A stretch of DNA of 64,000 nucleotides, taken from Candidatus Heimdallarchaeum endolithica (GTDB lineage: Archaea > Asgardarchaeota > Heimdallarchaeia > Heimdallarchaeales > Heimdallarchaeaceae). Under the pieces are notes generated by a model, which did no database searches, had not been told where the DNA came from, and was given only the letters and a program-made list of their open reading frames with translations. The position numbers were made by a program, and so were the translations under genes. The first letter of the stretch is position 1. Each line of letters starts with the position of its first letter. Location: contig CP084167.1 in the NCBI GenBank assembly GCA_021513715.1, forward strand, positions 1,945,943-2,009,942, given 5' to 3'. Below, piece after piece: positions 9,430 through 17,425 of this stretch.

Positions 9430-10695
9430 CTAATACCCATATATTTTATATCGAAGTATTGCAGCTATACCTCCAAAAGCTTTGTAGAGCACCATACCAT
9501 CCTCATGCTTTGTACTAATAATTTCGATATTAGCTCCTGTTTCTTCAGCTTTTTGCTTTAATTCACTTACAAGATCCTTTTCATTTATTATTTCTAAACT
9601 TGTATCTCCACATTTTGGGCATTTTTTACTTGATAGATTATTAATGTAATCTTCATAATTGGAAACAATTACTGTATCATTTATTTCATTCCCGCAAGAA
9701 TTACATTTCAGTTCAAACGTTATCCTATCTACCTCTTCAGAGATAAGTACAATATCAACAGCTGCTTTCTCTAAAGCTTCTCTAACTTGCTTTTCTCCAT
9801 ATGTAATTAAACCAGTATCTTTACCAAGATGTGTAAGAAACTGCTGCATTAATTTTCTTTCTTTTACTAATTCAAAGTCTTGAAGCAAATCTTGAGCTTG
9901 TTCTATTAATTCTTTAATCCCAGCCTTTCCTGTATAGCCTACATCAAAAGTACCAAGTATTTTCTCTTTAATTCGATAATCTATAGCTTTACTTTCCAAA
10001 TACTTCGAATTTGATATTGCAGGGCCACCTACAATTATAGCTTCAACTGGGAAAGATTCTAAATATATTTCATTCATCATTTGAGCCATTTTATTGTACC
10101 AGGCATTTGCTGCTTCTTCTACTAAACGTTGAAAACGTCTTTGTGATTGTCCACCCATTTTATGCTTTTTTGGAACGTGAGATTCTTCATCTCTAATTAT
10201 TTTCAGATCATTTCCTCTCAATACAGCAAAAGTAGCTCCTCCTCGAGATATAATAACCAAACCATAACTTGTTTTTGGTTCCAACATCTCCCTTAACGGT
10301 TCTGTGTGGAATTTGTTATCACACATGTACAATTTGATTCCAACAGGTTCTGGTGGAACAATTGAATGAAACTCCATTTTATTTAATCCTGTCATCCCAC
10401 AAAAAATTACCAAACCGTTTTCTGTATTACGCATATTTTTAATCCTAGCCATAATCGAAGTTAATGCAGCTTGTACTGCCTTTCCAGTATTTTTATCTTT
10501 AATATTTGATGCGGTTCCATGTTCATCTAATAATTGGCTACGTATATCAGACAACCTAGTACCAGGAGGTATATACAATGAAATTAAAGATGTTGACATA
10601 TTAAATGATTTTTTTTGTTCTAGTCGTTTTATAGATTGTCTAAGTTCATACAATTCTACACTGGTACGTTTTTTATTTTCTTTAGTATCAGTCAA
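9430..10695 (-). CDS. prf1: peptide chain release factor aRF1
   Basis: GGQ (HKMGGQSQRRF) and YxCxxxF (YMCDNKF) are present. The NIKS position reads NIKD. The C-terminal domain carries a CxxC...CxxC insertion. Confidence 0.9.
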   Translation of the reverse strand: MTDTKENKKRTSVELYELRQSIKRLEQKKSFNMSTSLISLYIPPGTRLSDIRSQLLDEHGTASNIKDKNTGKAVQAALTSIMARIKNMRNTENGLVIFCGMTGLNKMEFHSIVPPEPVGIKLYMCDNKFHTEPLREMLEPKTSYGLVIISRGGATFAVLRGNDLKIIRDEESHVPKKHKMGGQSQRRFQRLVEEAANAWYNKMAQMMNEIYLESFPVEAIIVGGPAISNSKYLESKAIDYRIKEKILGTFDVGYTGKAGIKELIEQAQDLLQDFELVKERKLMQQFLTHLGKDTGLITYGEKQVREALEKAAVDIVLISEEVDRITFELKCNSCGNEINDTVIVSNYEDYINNLSSKKCPKCGDTSLEIINEKDLVSELKQKAEETGANIEIISTKHEDGMVLYKAFGGIAAILRYKIYGY

Positions 10696-10781
10696 TAGTT
10701 TTCTCCTCGTATATTCATAACTATGTTTTTGACAACGACTCTAAAACCCTTTTTTTGTTTTGTTATTTAATATTTTTTTTT

Positions 10782-10797
10782 CAAACAGATTATATAC
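10782..10797. repeat. left flanking direct repeat CAAACAGATTATATAC (putative target-site duplication)
   Basis: The identical 16-mer recurs at 11808..11823, immediately outside the right end of the IS. Confidence 0.7.
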
Positions 10798-11807
10798 TGT
10801 ATACTCAACTCACATTGGTAACAAATAAATAGAAGTGGGTTACGTGGGTAAGTGATATATTATGAACAAAAACGAACGTAACCTGGAGAAACTAAGAAAG
10901 ATTGTGGTTAAAAAAGCTTTGGAAGGAGAGAAGATAAAAGAAGTAGCTCACAAGTATATGGTGAGTAGGAAGTTTGTGTATAAGTGGTTGAAGAGGTTCA
11001 GAGAGAACCCTGAAGGAGTATGGTGGAAAGATAGATCTTCCAGACCAAAAACTATACACAGGAAAGTAGATGAGGAGTTAAAAGAGAGGATAAGGGAGTT
11101 AAGAATAAAACAAGGAATGAATGTGGAGAAGATAGCTTATTTGTTGAAGAGAGAAGGAAAAGCACTCTCTCAGACGACAGTGACGAAAGTAATAAAAGAG
11201 TTAGGTCTTCCTTTATGGGTTAATAGAAAAAAGAGGAAAAGACCTCGATACAAGAGTTTTGAACGTCAAAAACCTAACGAACTCTGGCAAATAGATGTGA
11301 AAGGACCATTCTGGGTAGAAGAACAGGGACAACATCTCCACCTCATAACCTTGATAGACGACCACTCACGATTCTGTCTGGGAGCTGAATTCCACCCTTT
11401 TGCACCAAAAAAAGAGCAGATAATAAGTTTGCTAGAGGAAGCAATAAAAGAGTACGGTTACCCCGAGTCTATACTTACTGACAATGGAGCACTCTTCTCT
11501 TCCGTTAGAGGAGGAACAAGTACCTTCTCCCGTTGGTGTCAAACAGAAGGAATAAAGCACATCAGAGCTAGAGTTTTTCACCCCGAAACATGTGGAAAAG
11601 TAGAAAGACTACATGGGACAATCATCCGTGAGATGGAAAGATTAGGTCTAAAATACTGCAACGCAGATCTCTCCTACTACCGCTCTTACTACAATTTTAG
11701 TCGTCCTCACCAATCTCTTAACTTCCTCACCCCAGGAGAAAGATTTATGAATCACCCCTATGTTTCTCTAGTACCCAAAAGTGTAACCCAAGTCTATTGA
11801 GTAAACA
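10798..11807 (+). mobile_element. IS481-like insertion sequence, intact copy (1010 bp)
   Basis: Imperfect terminal inverted repeats (TGTATACTCAA at the left end; the reverse complement of the right end is TGTTTACTCAA). Flanked by a 16-bp direct repeat. Near-identical second copy at 22244..23262. Confidence 0.8.
10862..11800 (+). CDS. IS481-family DDE (rve) transposase
   Basis: 312 aa. N-terminal HTH; DDE core with WQIDVKG, LTDNGALF and HPETCGKVERLHGT (compare the IS481 signature P.TNGKVERF). Confidence 0.85.
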   Translation: MNKNERNLEKLRKIVVKKALEGEKIKEVAHKYMVSRKFVYKWLKRFRENPEGVWWKDRSSRPKTIHRKVDEELKERIRELRIKQGMNVEKIAYLLKREGKALSQTTVTKVIKELGLPLWVNRKKRKRPRYKSFERQKPNELWQIDVKGPFWVEEQGQHLHLITLIDDHSRFCLGAEFHPFAPKKEQIISLLEEAIKEYGYPESILTDNGALFSSVRGGTSTFSRWCQTEGIKHIRARVFHPETCGKVERLHGTIIREMERLGLKYCNADLSYYRSYYNFSRPHQSLNFLTPGERFMNHPYVSLVPKSVTQVY

Positions 11808-11823
11808 CAAACAGATTATATAC
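11808..11823. repeat. right flanking direct repeat CAAACAGATTATATAC
   Basis: Identical to 10782..10797. Confidence 0.7.
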
Positions 11824-11896
11824 AAAAATGTTTTACAAAAACAAGAGAGAAATAATAAAAAGATTGAACGATATAAAAATTAAAAAAATTTCTTAT

Positions 11897-12091
11897 TTAA
11901 GGTTTATATTTTCTCATTTTCTCCATTCCTTTCAAAACCTTAACAACTTTGTAAATTTGCTCAATTTCTCTTACACTTGAACGGGGTTTAGATGTAAGAA
12001 TATTTTCATAATTCCAGATTTTCCTTTCTGGATTATCTTTTAGATTAACAACGGGGATTGTAGAAACATCTTTTCTAATTTCTTTGGACAT
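11897..12091 (-). CDS. hypothetical small protein
   Basis: 64-aa ORF with no recognisable motif. Coding status uncertain. Confidence 0.25.
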   Translation of the reverse strand: MSKEIRKDVSTIPVVNLKDNPERKIWNYENILTSKPRSSVREIEQIYKVVKVLKGMEKMRKYKP

Positions 12092-12372
12092 AATATCATA
12101 TTAAACTCGTGGTTATGTTTATTTCATACTACGTAATACTAAGGAAATATTCAAAACAAAACAAGAGATAACCCTAGTACAACCATTAGGAGAAATATCA
12201 GAAAAAATGAACTCAAATCGAACCACCAATTATTGGATTTATTGTCGAGAGAATAGCTGAGATAATAAGAAATTATAAATACCAGATACTCCATTATTAT
12301 TTAGAACTATTTCTCTTTCAGAGAAAGAAATAAATATTATTGAAAATAAAAAAAAACGAGGATATTGGTATC

Positions 12373-13236
12373 ATGTCAATCTTAGATTGGATAGACAAAC
12401 TTCCACCACTAATTGAAGATAATGGACTGAAATTATTAATTTATCTCATTATTATTTTTGCAATAATTACAGCAGTAATAGTTCACTTTTCAACAAAGGG
12501 AGAATATCGTTCATCAGGAGGACTAACATTAAAGGAACTTGATTTTGATATTAGTCGGCCCATTTCAGATATAGCACCAGAAGAAAGAATTGAAATATTA
12601 AAAATTGAAAAGGAAAAATTTATAGCTGCTCGCAAAGCGCTAACTGACTCCTACAAACGCAAGAAATTAAGTGACACTATTTTTGAAAGACTATCAGTAA
12701 GGTATGCTTCAGATCTCAAGAAAATAGAAGATGAAATTGAGAGAACAGAAAAAGAAGCAGAAGTTAGTCAGTTAGAAGAAGAATTAAAGAAAATGCAAGG
12801 AGACTATCTAGCAAAAATTGCTGGAGAAACAAAGGTTGAAACAACACCTTCTACTGCGCCAACAACTCCACCACCGTCAGCACCAACTGCACCAACACCA
12901 ACCCCTGTAGCTCCATCCAAAACAGTAACTCCACCAACACCAACAACACCAACTGCACCAACACCAACCCCTGTAACTCCACCCAAAACAGTAACTCCAC
13001 CAACACCAATAACACCAACTGCACCAACACCAAGCACATCGGCTCCAATACCAGCACCGATAAAACCACCGGCCTCTGTAGCACAAACAACCCCTCAAGC
13101 ACCAGTAGACACTAGTTCAGGAACAGATGATCAAGGGGATTTATTTGCAAAAAGCACATCTATTGCCGCTTTAAGAAAAGAGATGTTGAAAGAGTTAGAT
13201 CGCCTAAAAGCATTTATGTCTGAACAAAATAAATGA
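12373..13236 (+). CDS. membrane-anchored coiled-coil protein with Pro/Thr-rich repeat linker
   Basis: ATG at 12373 (the track ORF begins at a TTG at 12340). One N-terminal TM helix, a charged coiled-coil segment, a PT-rich repeat ([22 protein letters not shown], 2.3 copies), and a short amphipathic C-terminus. Confidence 0.6.
   Translation: MSILDWIDKLPPLIEDNGLKLLIYLIIIFAIITAVIVHFSTKGEYRSSGGLTLKELDFDISRPISDIAPEERIEILKIEKEKFIAARKALTDSYKRKKLSDTIFERLSVRYASDLKKIEDEIERTEKEAEVSQLEEELKKMQGDYLAKIAGETKVETTPSTAPTTPPPSAPTAPTPTPVAPSKTVTPPTPTTPTAPTPTPVTPPKTVTPPTPITPTAPTPSTSAPIPAPIKPPASVAQTTPQAPVDTSSGTDDQGDLFAKSTSIAALRKEMLKELDRLKAFMSEQNK
12883..13035 (+). repeat. 66-bp tandem repeat, about 2.3 copies, coding for the PT-rich linker
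   Basis: Units start at 12883, 12949 and 13015 (CCAACTGCACCAACACCAAC...), with a few substitutions between them. Confidence 0.85.
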
Positions 13237-13309
13237 GATAAAAGTATACAACCATGTGTGTTTATTTTTTTTAATTAGCACACTTCTTTTTTGTTTTCGG
13301 TGATAAATT

Positions 13310-14032
13310 TTGCAATCTAAAAAGGAAATTGAAAAATATATGGCGTCTAAATATGTAGTAGACAATTTAATTTTCGACGATTTAATTGTTGGAGTTGGAA
13401 CTGGCACTACAATAAACATTTTTATTGAATTGTTATCAGAAAAAGCAAACACAGATGATTTAAACATTATTTGTATTCCTTCTTCTATAGAAACGAAATT
13501 ACAATTAATCCAAAAAGGGCTTGTTGTCAGCGATATTATTGAAAATTCTGAAATTGACATTTATATTGATGGAGCTGATATCGTCACAGAAGATTATAAT
13601 CTTATCAAAGGGGGCGGGGGAGCTATGACCATGGAAAAAATTTTAGCTTCATCTTCTCAAGAATTCGTTGTAATAGTAGATAGTGGCAAATATCCAAAAA
13701 AGCTTTTGTCATATCCTGTTCCAGTAGAGATTATACCTCTTGCAGTAAACACAGTGATAAAACCACTATTTGACTTAGGAGGAGAACTTAAACTAAGATA
13801 TGGAACTGGAAAGATCGGGCCTATTGTTTCTGATAATGGCAATGTTTTGGGAGATGTAACTTTTAAAAAAGAATATGACCCAAAAATCATGGAAAAAGCA
13901 ATTAATAATATCCCAGGAATAATTGAAAACGGTCTTTTTCCAGAAAAAGCGGATAAGATTGTCATAGGAATAGATGATAGTGTCAAATATATCGAAATAA
14001 GAAGAAATAAAAAAAATGATTATCCTACCTAA
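13310..14032 (+). CDS. rpiA: ribose-5-phosphate isomerase A
   Basis: VGVGTGTT, IDGAD and KGGGGAMTMEK motifs. A TTG start at 13310 preserves the N-terminal helix; an alternative ATG lies at 13340. Confidence 0.8.
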   Translation: MQSKKEIEKYMASKYVVDNLIFDDLIVGVGTGTTINIFIELLSEKANTDDLNIICIPSSIETKLQLIQKGLVVSDIIENSEIDIYIDGADIVTEDYNLIKGGGGAMTMEKILASSSQEFVVIVDSGKYPKKLLSYPVPVEIIPLAVNTVIKPLFDLGGELKLRYGTGKIGPIVSDNGNVLGDVTFKKEYDPKIMEKAINNIPGIIENGLFPEKADKIVIGIDDSVKYIEIRRNKKNDYPT

Positions 14033-15899
14033 CCAGAGCTGAAATAACAGCTCCCCGCTCATAAGCTTCTTTAAATAATGACCCAAGTTCTGAATTAATA
14101 TTAAGTTTGATTTCAGCTGTTTTACCTACAGTTAAAGTTACAATGACCTCACCATTAATCATGATATCAACATCTTTACCAACACATAAATCTGGAAAAA
14201 CTAAAAAAATAGTGTTTTTACTTTGATATACATTAATTACATACTCTGCTTCTTCATCAAAACTATTATTTTGGTCAATATCATTCAATTCAGACATTTC
14301 TGAATAAGAGCGCACGTCAACGTTCAAATTTAGTGCAGATTCTATTTTTTCTATTGTTTTTCCTGACTTTCCAATTATTTTTGCTCTATCTGAATTGCGC
14401 ACAAAGAGCGTGATAGAATTGGAATCAGTTATTTTAAATTCAAAATCATGGACACCACTGTACTGTTTAAGTATTCTTTTTATTTTTTTTCTGCTAATAG
14501 CAACATGTTCATTCATTGAATGTGTTTGTTGCACTGGTGTTACTACAATTTGTTCTCCAAAAGTGTATAGTTCGTACTCTAGTTTATGAGAATGAAAATC
14601 TTTTACCTCAACAACAGGTCTACTCAAATCTCTCTCTTTTAATCCTGATGGAAGTTTTACTTTTATTGAAAGTGTATATACCTTCCTTATTTCTCCATCT
14701 TCAATAAAAATTAGTGTGTCAATAATACTTGGAATCACTCCCAAATCAACTCGTTTAATAAATCGTTTTACTCCATCAATTGCAGTAGTGCCATGAATAA
14801 CGCCAATAAGTCCAATACCAGCCAACCTTAGGTCTGCATATGTCTCAAAATCAAGATTTTTCCTTAATTCATCATAGACAGTATGATCAGGTCTCATAAG
14901 TAAAATAAGGTCCGCTGTAGAAGAAATATCCCCCCTAAACCCACTTAGCTGAGTGATACGATCATCGACTTGCAAATCCCTAGGATTTTCAAATGTTTTT
15001 ACAATTCTACCTTTATCAGCGTAAAATTCAGCTAATGCTGTTGCGAAAGTGCTTTTTCCAGCTCCAGGAGCTCCAACAATTAAGATCCCTTCACTTTTTG
15101 TTTCAATTCTTTGTAACAATTTTCTATCAAGGTTATAATCCTCAATTTTTCTTTTTAAAATTGGTCTAACAGCAGTTATTTCCATAGCGTCACTAAATGG
15201 TGGACGAGTAATAATGATTCTCATGTTTTTTAGCTGCACAACTGTAAAACCTTGCATATCACTTTCAATAAACGACTCTGGATCTCTGGTAGCTCTCTCA
15301 ACTATCTCTTTAGCTAGTTCCTCAATTTCTTCTTTTTCAAGAACAGAGCCCCCAGTAGGTTGAAGATGAAAATTTCCAGGGGTACCTACTTTTGCAAGAG
15401 GTAAATTTCTTTCTCTTAAATGAACTGACATGGTTTGTTCAGTAAAATAATCATCAATTCGTTTTCTTGGTTTTTCAGTTGTTTCTTTTAAAAAAACTAC
15501 AGCCAATCCTTCAATCTCAGCAATATGAGCTTGAACTTTATCTGCAGTAACTAGAATAGCTGAATGTTCATATGCTAATTCCCGAATTTGGGCATCTAGT
15601 TCTCCAGAAGAGGCAAATTTGATTTGATTTGGTGTTGGTCGTGCGCCATCAATTATTATTTCTATCATTCTTTCAGAAGCAAAATCCTTTAAGGCAACCA
15701 ATTCTTCTAAAGCAGCTACACCAGTAGTTCTAGCTTGATTAGCTTGATGTTCTATTTCAGCAAGAACTACACGTGACAAAACAATTCTATTTATTGTTTG
15801 TTTTTTCTTTTTTAAATATTTTAAGAACTCTCCATTAACAATAACACTTGTATCAGGAACAAATGAAACATTATTTTCTACATCAGACTGGTGATTCAT
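14025..15899 (-). CDS. PIN-domain / P-loop ATPase / KH-domain protein (COG1855-like, PilT-family ATPase)
   Basis: 624 aa. N-terminal PIN-like region, Walker A GAPGAGKST, C-terminal KH signature IIGKSGKTIEKIE. Overlaps the upstream EndA-family gene by 4 nt (ATGA). Confidence 0.6.
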   Translation of the reverse strand: MNHQSDVENNVSFVPDTSVIVNGEFLKYLKKKKQTINRIVLSRVVLAEIEHQANQARTTGVAALEELVALKDFASERMIEIIIDGARPTPNQIKFASSGELDAQIRELAYEHSAILVTADKVQAHIAEIEGLAVVFLKETTEKPRKRIDDYFTEQTMSVHLRERNLPLAKVGTPGNFHLQPTGGSVLEKEEIEELAKEIVERATRDPESFIESDMQGFTVVQLKNMRIIITRPPFSDAMEITAVRPILKRKIEDYNLDRKLLQRIETKSEGILIVGAPGAGKSTFATALAEFYADKGRIVKTFENPRDLQVDDRITQLSGFRGDISSTADLILLMRPDHTVYDELRKNLDFETYADLRLAGIGLIGVIHGTTAIDGVKRFIKRVDLGVIPSIIDTLIFIEDGEIRKVYTLSIKVKLPSGLKERDLSRPVVEVKDFHSHKLEYELYTFGEQIVVTPVQQTHSMNEHVAISRKKIKRILKQYSGVHDFEFKITDSNSITLFVRNSDRAKIIGKSGKTIEKIESALNLNVDVRSYSEMSELNDIDQNNSFDEEAEYVINVYQSKNTIFLVFPDLCVGKDVDIMINGEVIVTLTVGKTAEIKLNINSELGSLFKEAYERGAVISALVR

Positions 15900-16462
15900 T
15901 TTTTAACATCCTCCTTTTCTTTCTTGATAATTGGAAACTCTAACGATTTTACAGAATAATAGTTTACATCACCCAAACTATCAATTACTGCAAAAATTAA
16001 ACTTAATCCCATATCATCTGCCCTTGATACTATTTTTTCAATTTGATCTATGTTAAACATTACTCCTTCAACAAAAGGGACAATTAAAGCATATTTAGTT
16101 TCCTTTTCTTTATTAGAAGAAGCTCCCCTTTCATACAAGGTAAAGAAGTTATGTGTCTTTTCATATTTTTTCACAACATATCCGCGTCCTCTTAAATCCT
16201 TGAACAACAGATAATAAACCAAAAACCCAGGAAATACTTTTGAGAAATAAGAAATTAATTCTGGCAAAGATAATTCCTTGTCTAATTCATTAACAACAAT
16301 TATCCGTTTTCTCTCCATCAACAAAACAGCTTCATAAGGTTCTAGGATAAGGTGGCCATCGTCTGATAATTCACCATACCAACCTGTGCTGTAAAGATCG
16401 TTAGCTATTTTTGTATCATAAATCACTACTTGATTTCCAACTACTTTGGCATTGAAAGACAT
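15896..16462 (-). CDS. endA: tRNA-splicing endonuclease family protein, apparently non-catalytic (structural-type) subunit
   Basis: 188 aa. EndA pattern (YGEL...LEPYEAVLLMERK; YLLFKDLRGRGYVVK; FTLYERG; IFAVIDSLGDVNYYSV). The positions of the catalytic His and Lys appear substituted. Confidence 0.65.
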   Translation of the reverse strand: MSFNAKVVGNQVVIYDTKIANDLYSTGWYGELSDDGHLILEPYEAVLLMERKRIIVVNELDKELSLPELISYFSKVFPGFLVYYLLFKDLRGRGYVVKKYEKTHNFFTLYERGASSNKEKETKYALIVPFVEGVMFNIDQIEKIVSRADDMGLSLIFAVIDSLGDVNYYSVKSLEFPIIKKEKEDVKK

Positions 16463-16545
16463 TTTTATGTCAACAACGTAATGAAATAATTATTAAGTAT
16501 TTATACATTCGACTAAATGAAGAAGCAAGGAAATTGTGAAGTTTA

Positions 16546-17382
16546 ATGAATATTAAGTTGAAACTCCAAGAAGAACTAAAGGAACTTATCCCTCCTAACT
16601 TAATTAACTTGATTCCTTCAAGTTATTCAGTAATAGGTAATATTGCAATTGTTCGATTCAACAGTAAAATACCAACAAAATATAAAAAAATAATCGCTAC
16701 AAAGCTTTGTGAATTAGAAAACAGAGTAAGTACAGTTATTGAACAAAAAGATACAATCTCTATTTTTCGTAAACCAATTGTCAAACATCTTGCAGGCAAA
16801 AAAAATATGGTAACAGTTCATAAAGAATTTAATACTTTATTTGAAATTGATGTTTCAAGAATAACTTTTTCACCAGGAAATAAGCATGAAAGAAAACGGT
16901 TGATTAATATTGTTGAAGATGGAGAAACTATAGTTGATATGTTTGCGTGTATTGGAAACTTATCGTTACCTACTGCTAAAAATCATGAAGGTATAAAGGT
17001 ATTTGCTATTGAAAAGAACCAATACACCTATAATTATTTGAAAAGAAGTATTGAACTTAACAATTTAGCTGATCGATATTTTCCAATTCTTGGGGATAAT
17101 AGAAAAAAAACCCCAAAAAACACAGCAAACAGAGTATTGATGGGATTTTTTGATATTGATAAAGTACAATTAAAAAAAGCCATTGATGCGATTAAGGAAA
17201 GAGGATGGATACACCTTCATGATTTAATAAAACGTTCAGAGGACAGAGAAAATAAAATTAGAACTCTCGAAGAAATAAGAAAGGAAGAAGAGTTTACAAT
17301 AGAAGAAGTAAATACAAGAACAGTAAAAAAATTTTCACCAAGTAAAATACATTTATGTCACGATATTTTGATTAAAAAATAG
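16546..17382 (+). CDS. Trm5/Taw2 (TYW2, Met-10+) family SAM-dependent tRNA modification enzyme
   Basis: 278 aa. FSPGNKHER and DMFACIGNLSLP motifs typical of the Trm5/Tyw2 family. The size favours Taw2-like. Confidence 0.65.
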   Translation: MNIKLKLQEELKELIPPNLINLIPSSYSVIGNIAIVRFNSKIPTKYKKIIATKLCELENRVSTVIEQKDTISIFRKPIVKHLAGKKNMVTVHKEFNTLFEIDVSRITFSPGNKHERKRLINIVEDGETIVDMFACIGNLSLPTAKNHEGIKVFAIEKNQYTYNYLKRSIELNNLADRYFPILGDNRKKTPKNTANRVLMGFFDIDKVQLKKAIDAIKERGWIHLHDLIKRSEDRENKIRTLEEIRKEEEFTIEEVNTRTVKKFSPSKIHLCHDILIKK

Positions 17383-17425
17383 GTAACATTTGATATGTAA
17401 TAATACAGAAAAAGAACAAAATAAA

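Noticed and set aside
9430-10695. Possible stop-codon reassignment suggested by the NIKD variant in aRF1.
   Set aside because: Each of the three stop codons ends at least one recognisable gene here (TGA: aTrm56, the IS transposase, the ADP-dependent kinase; TAG: eS27, Trm5/Taw2; TAA: most others). I saw no in-frame stops inside conserved genes.
12804-13102. Three overlapping antisense ORFs (77, 83 and 73 aa) rich in Gly/Val, Leu/Val or Cys/Trp.
   Set aside because: They lie antisense to the 66-bp Pro/Thr tandem repeat. Their periodic low-complexity translations are the mirror image of the repeat, not independent genes.
13150-13236. The C-terminal amphipathic helix of the PT-repeat protein, considered as an ESCRT-type MIM motif.
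   Set aside because: The residues do not fit the (D/E)xxLxxRLxxL(K/R) consensus in any register.
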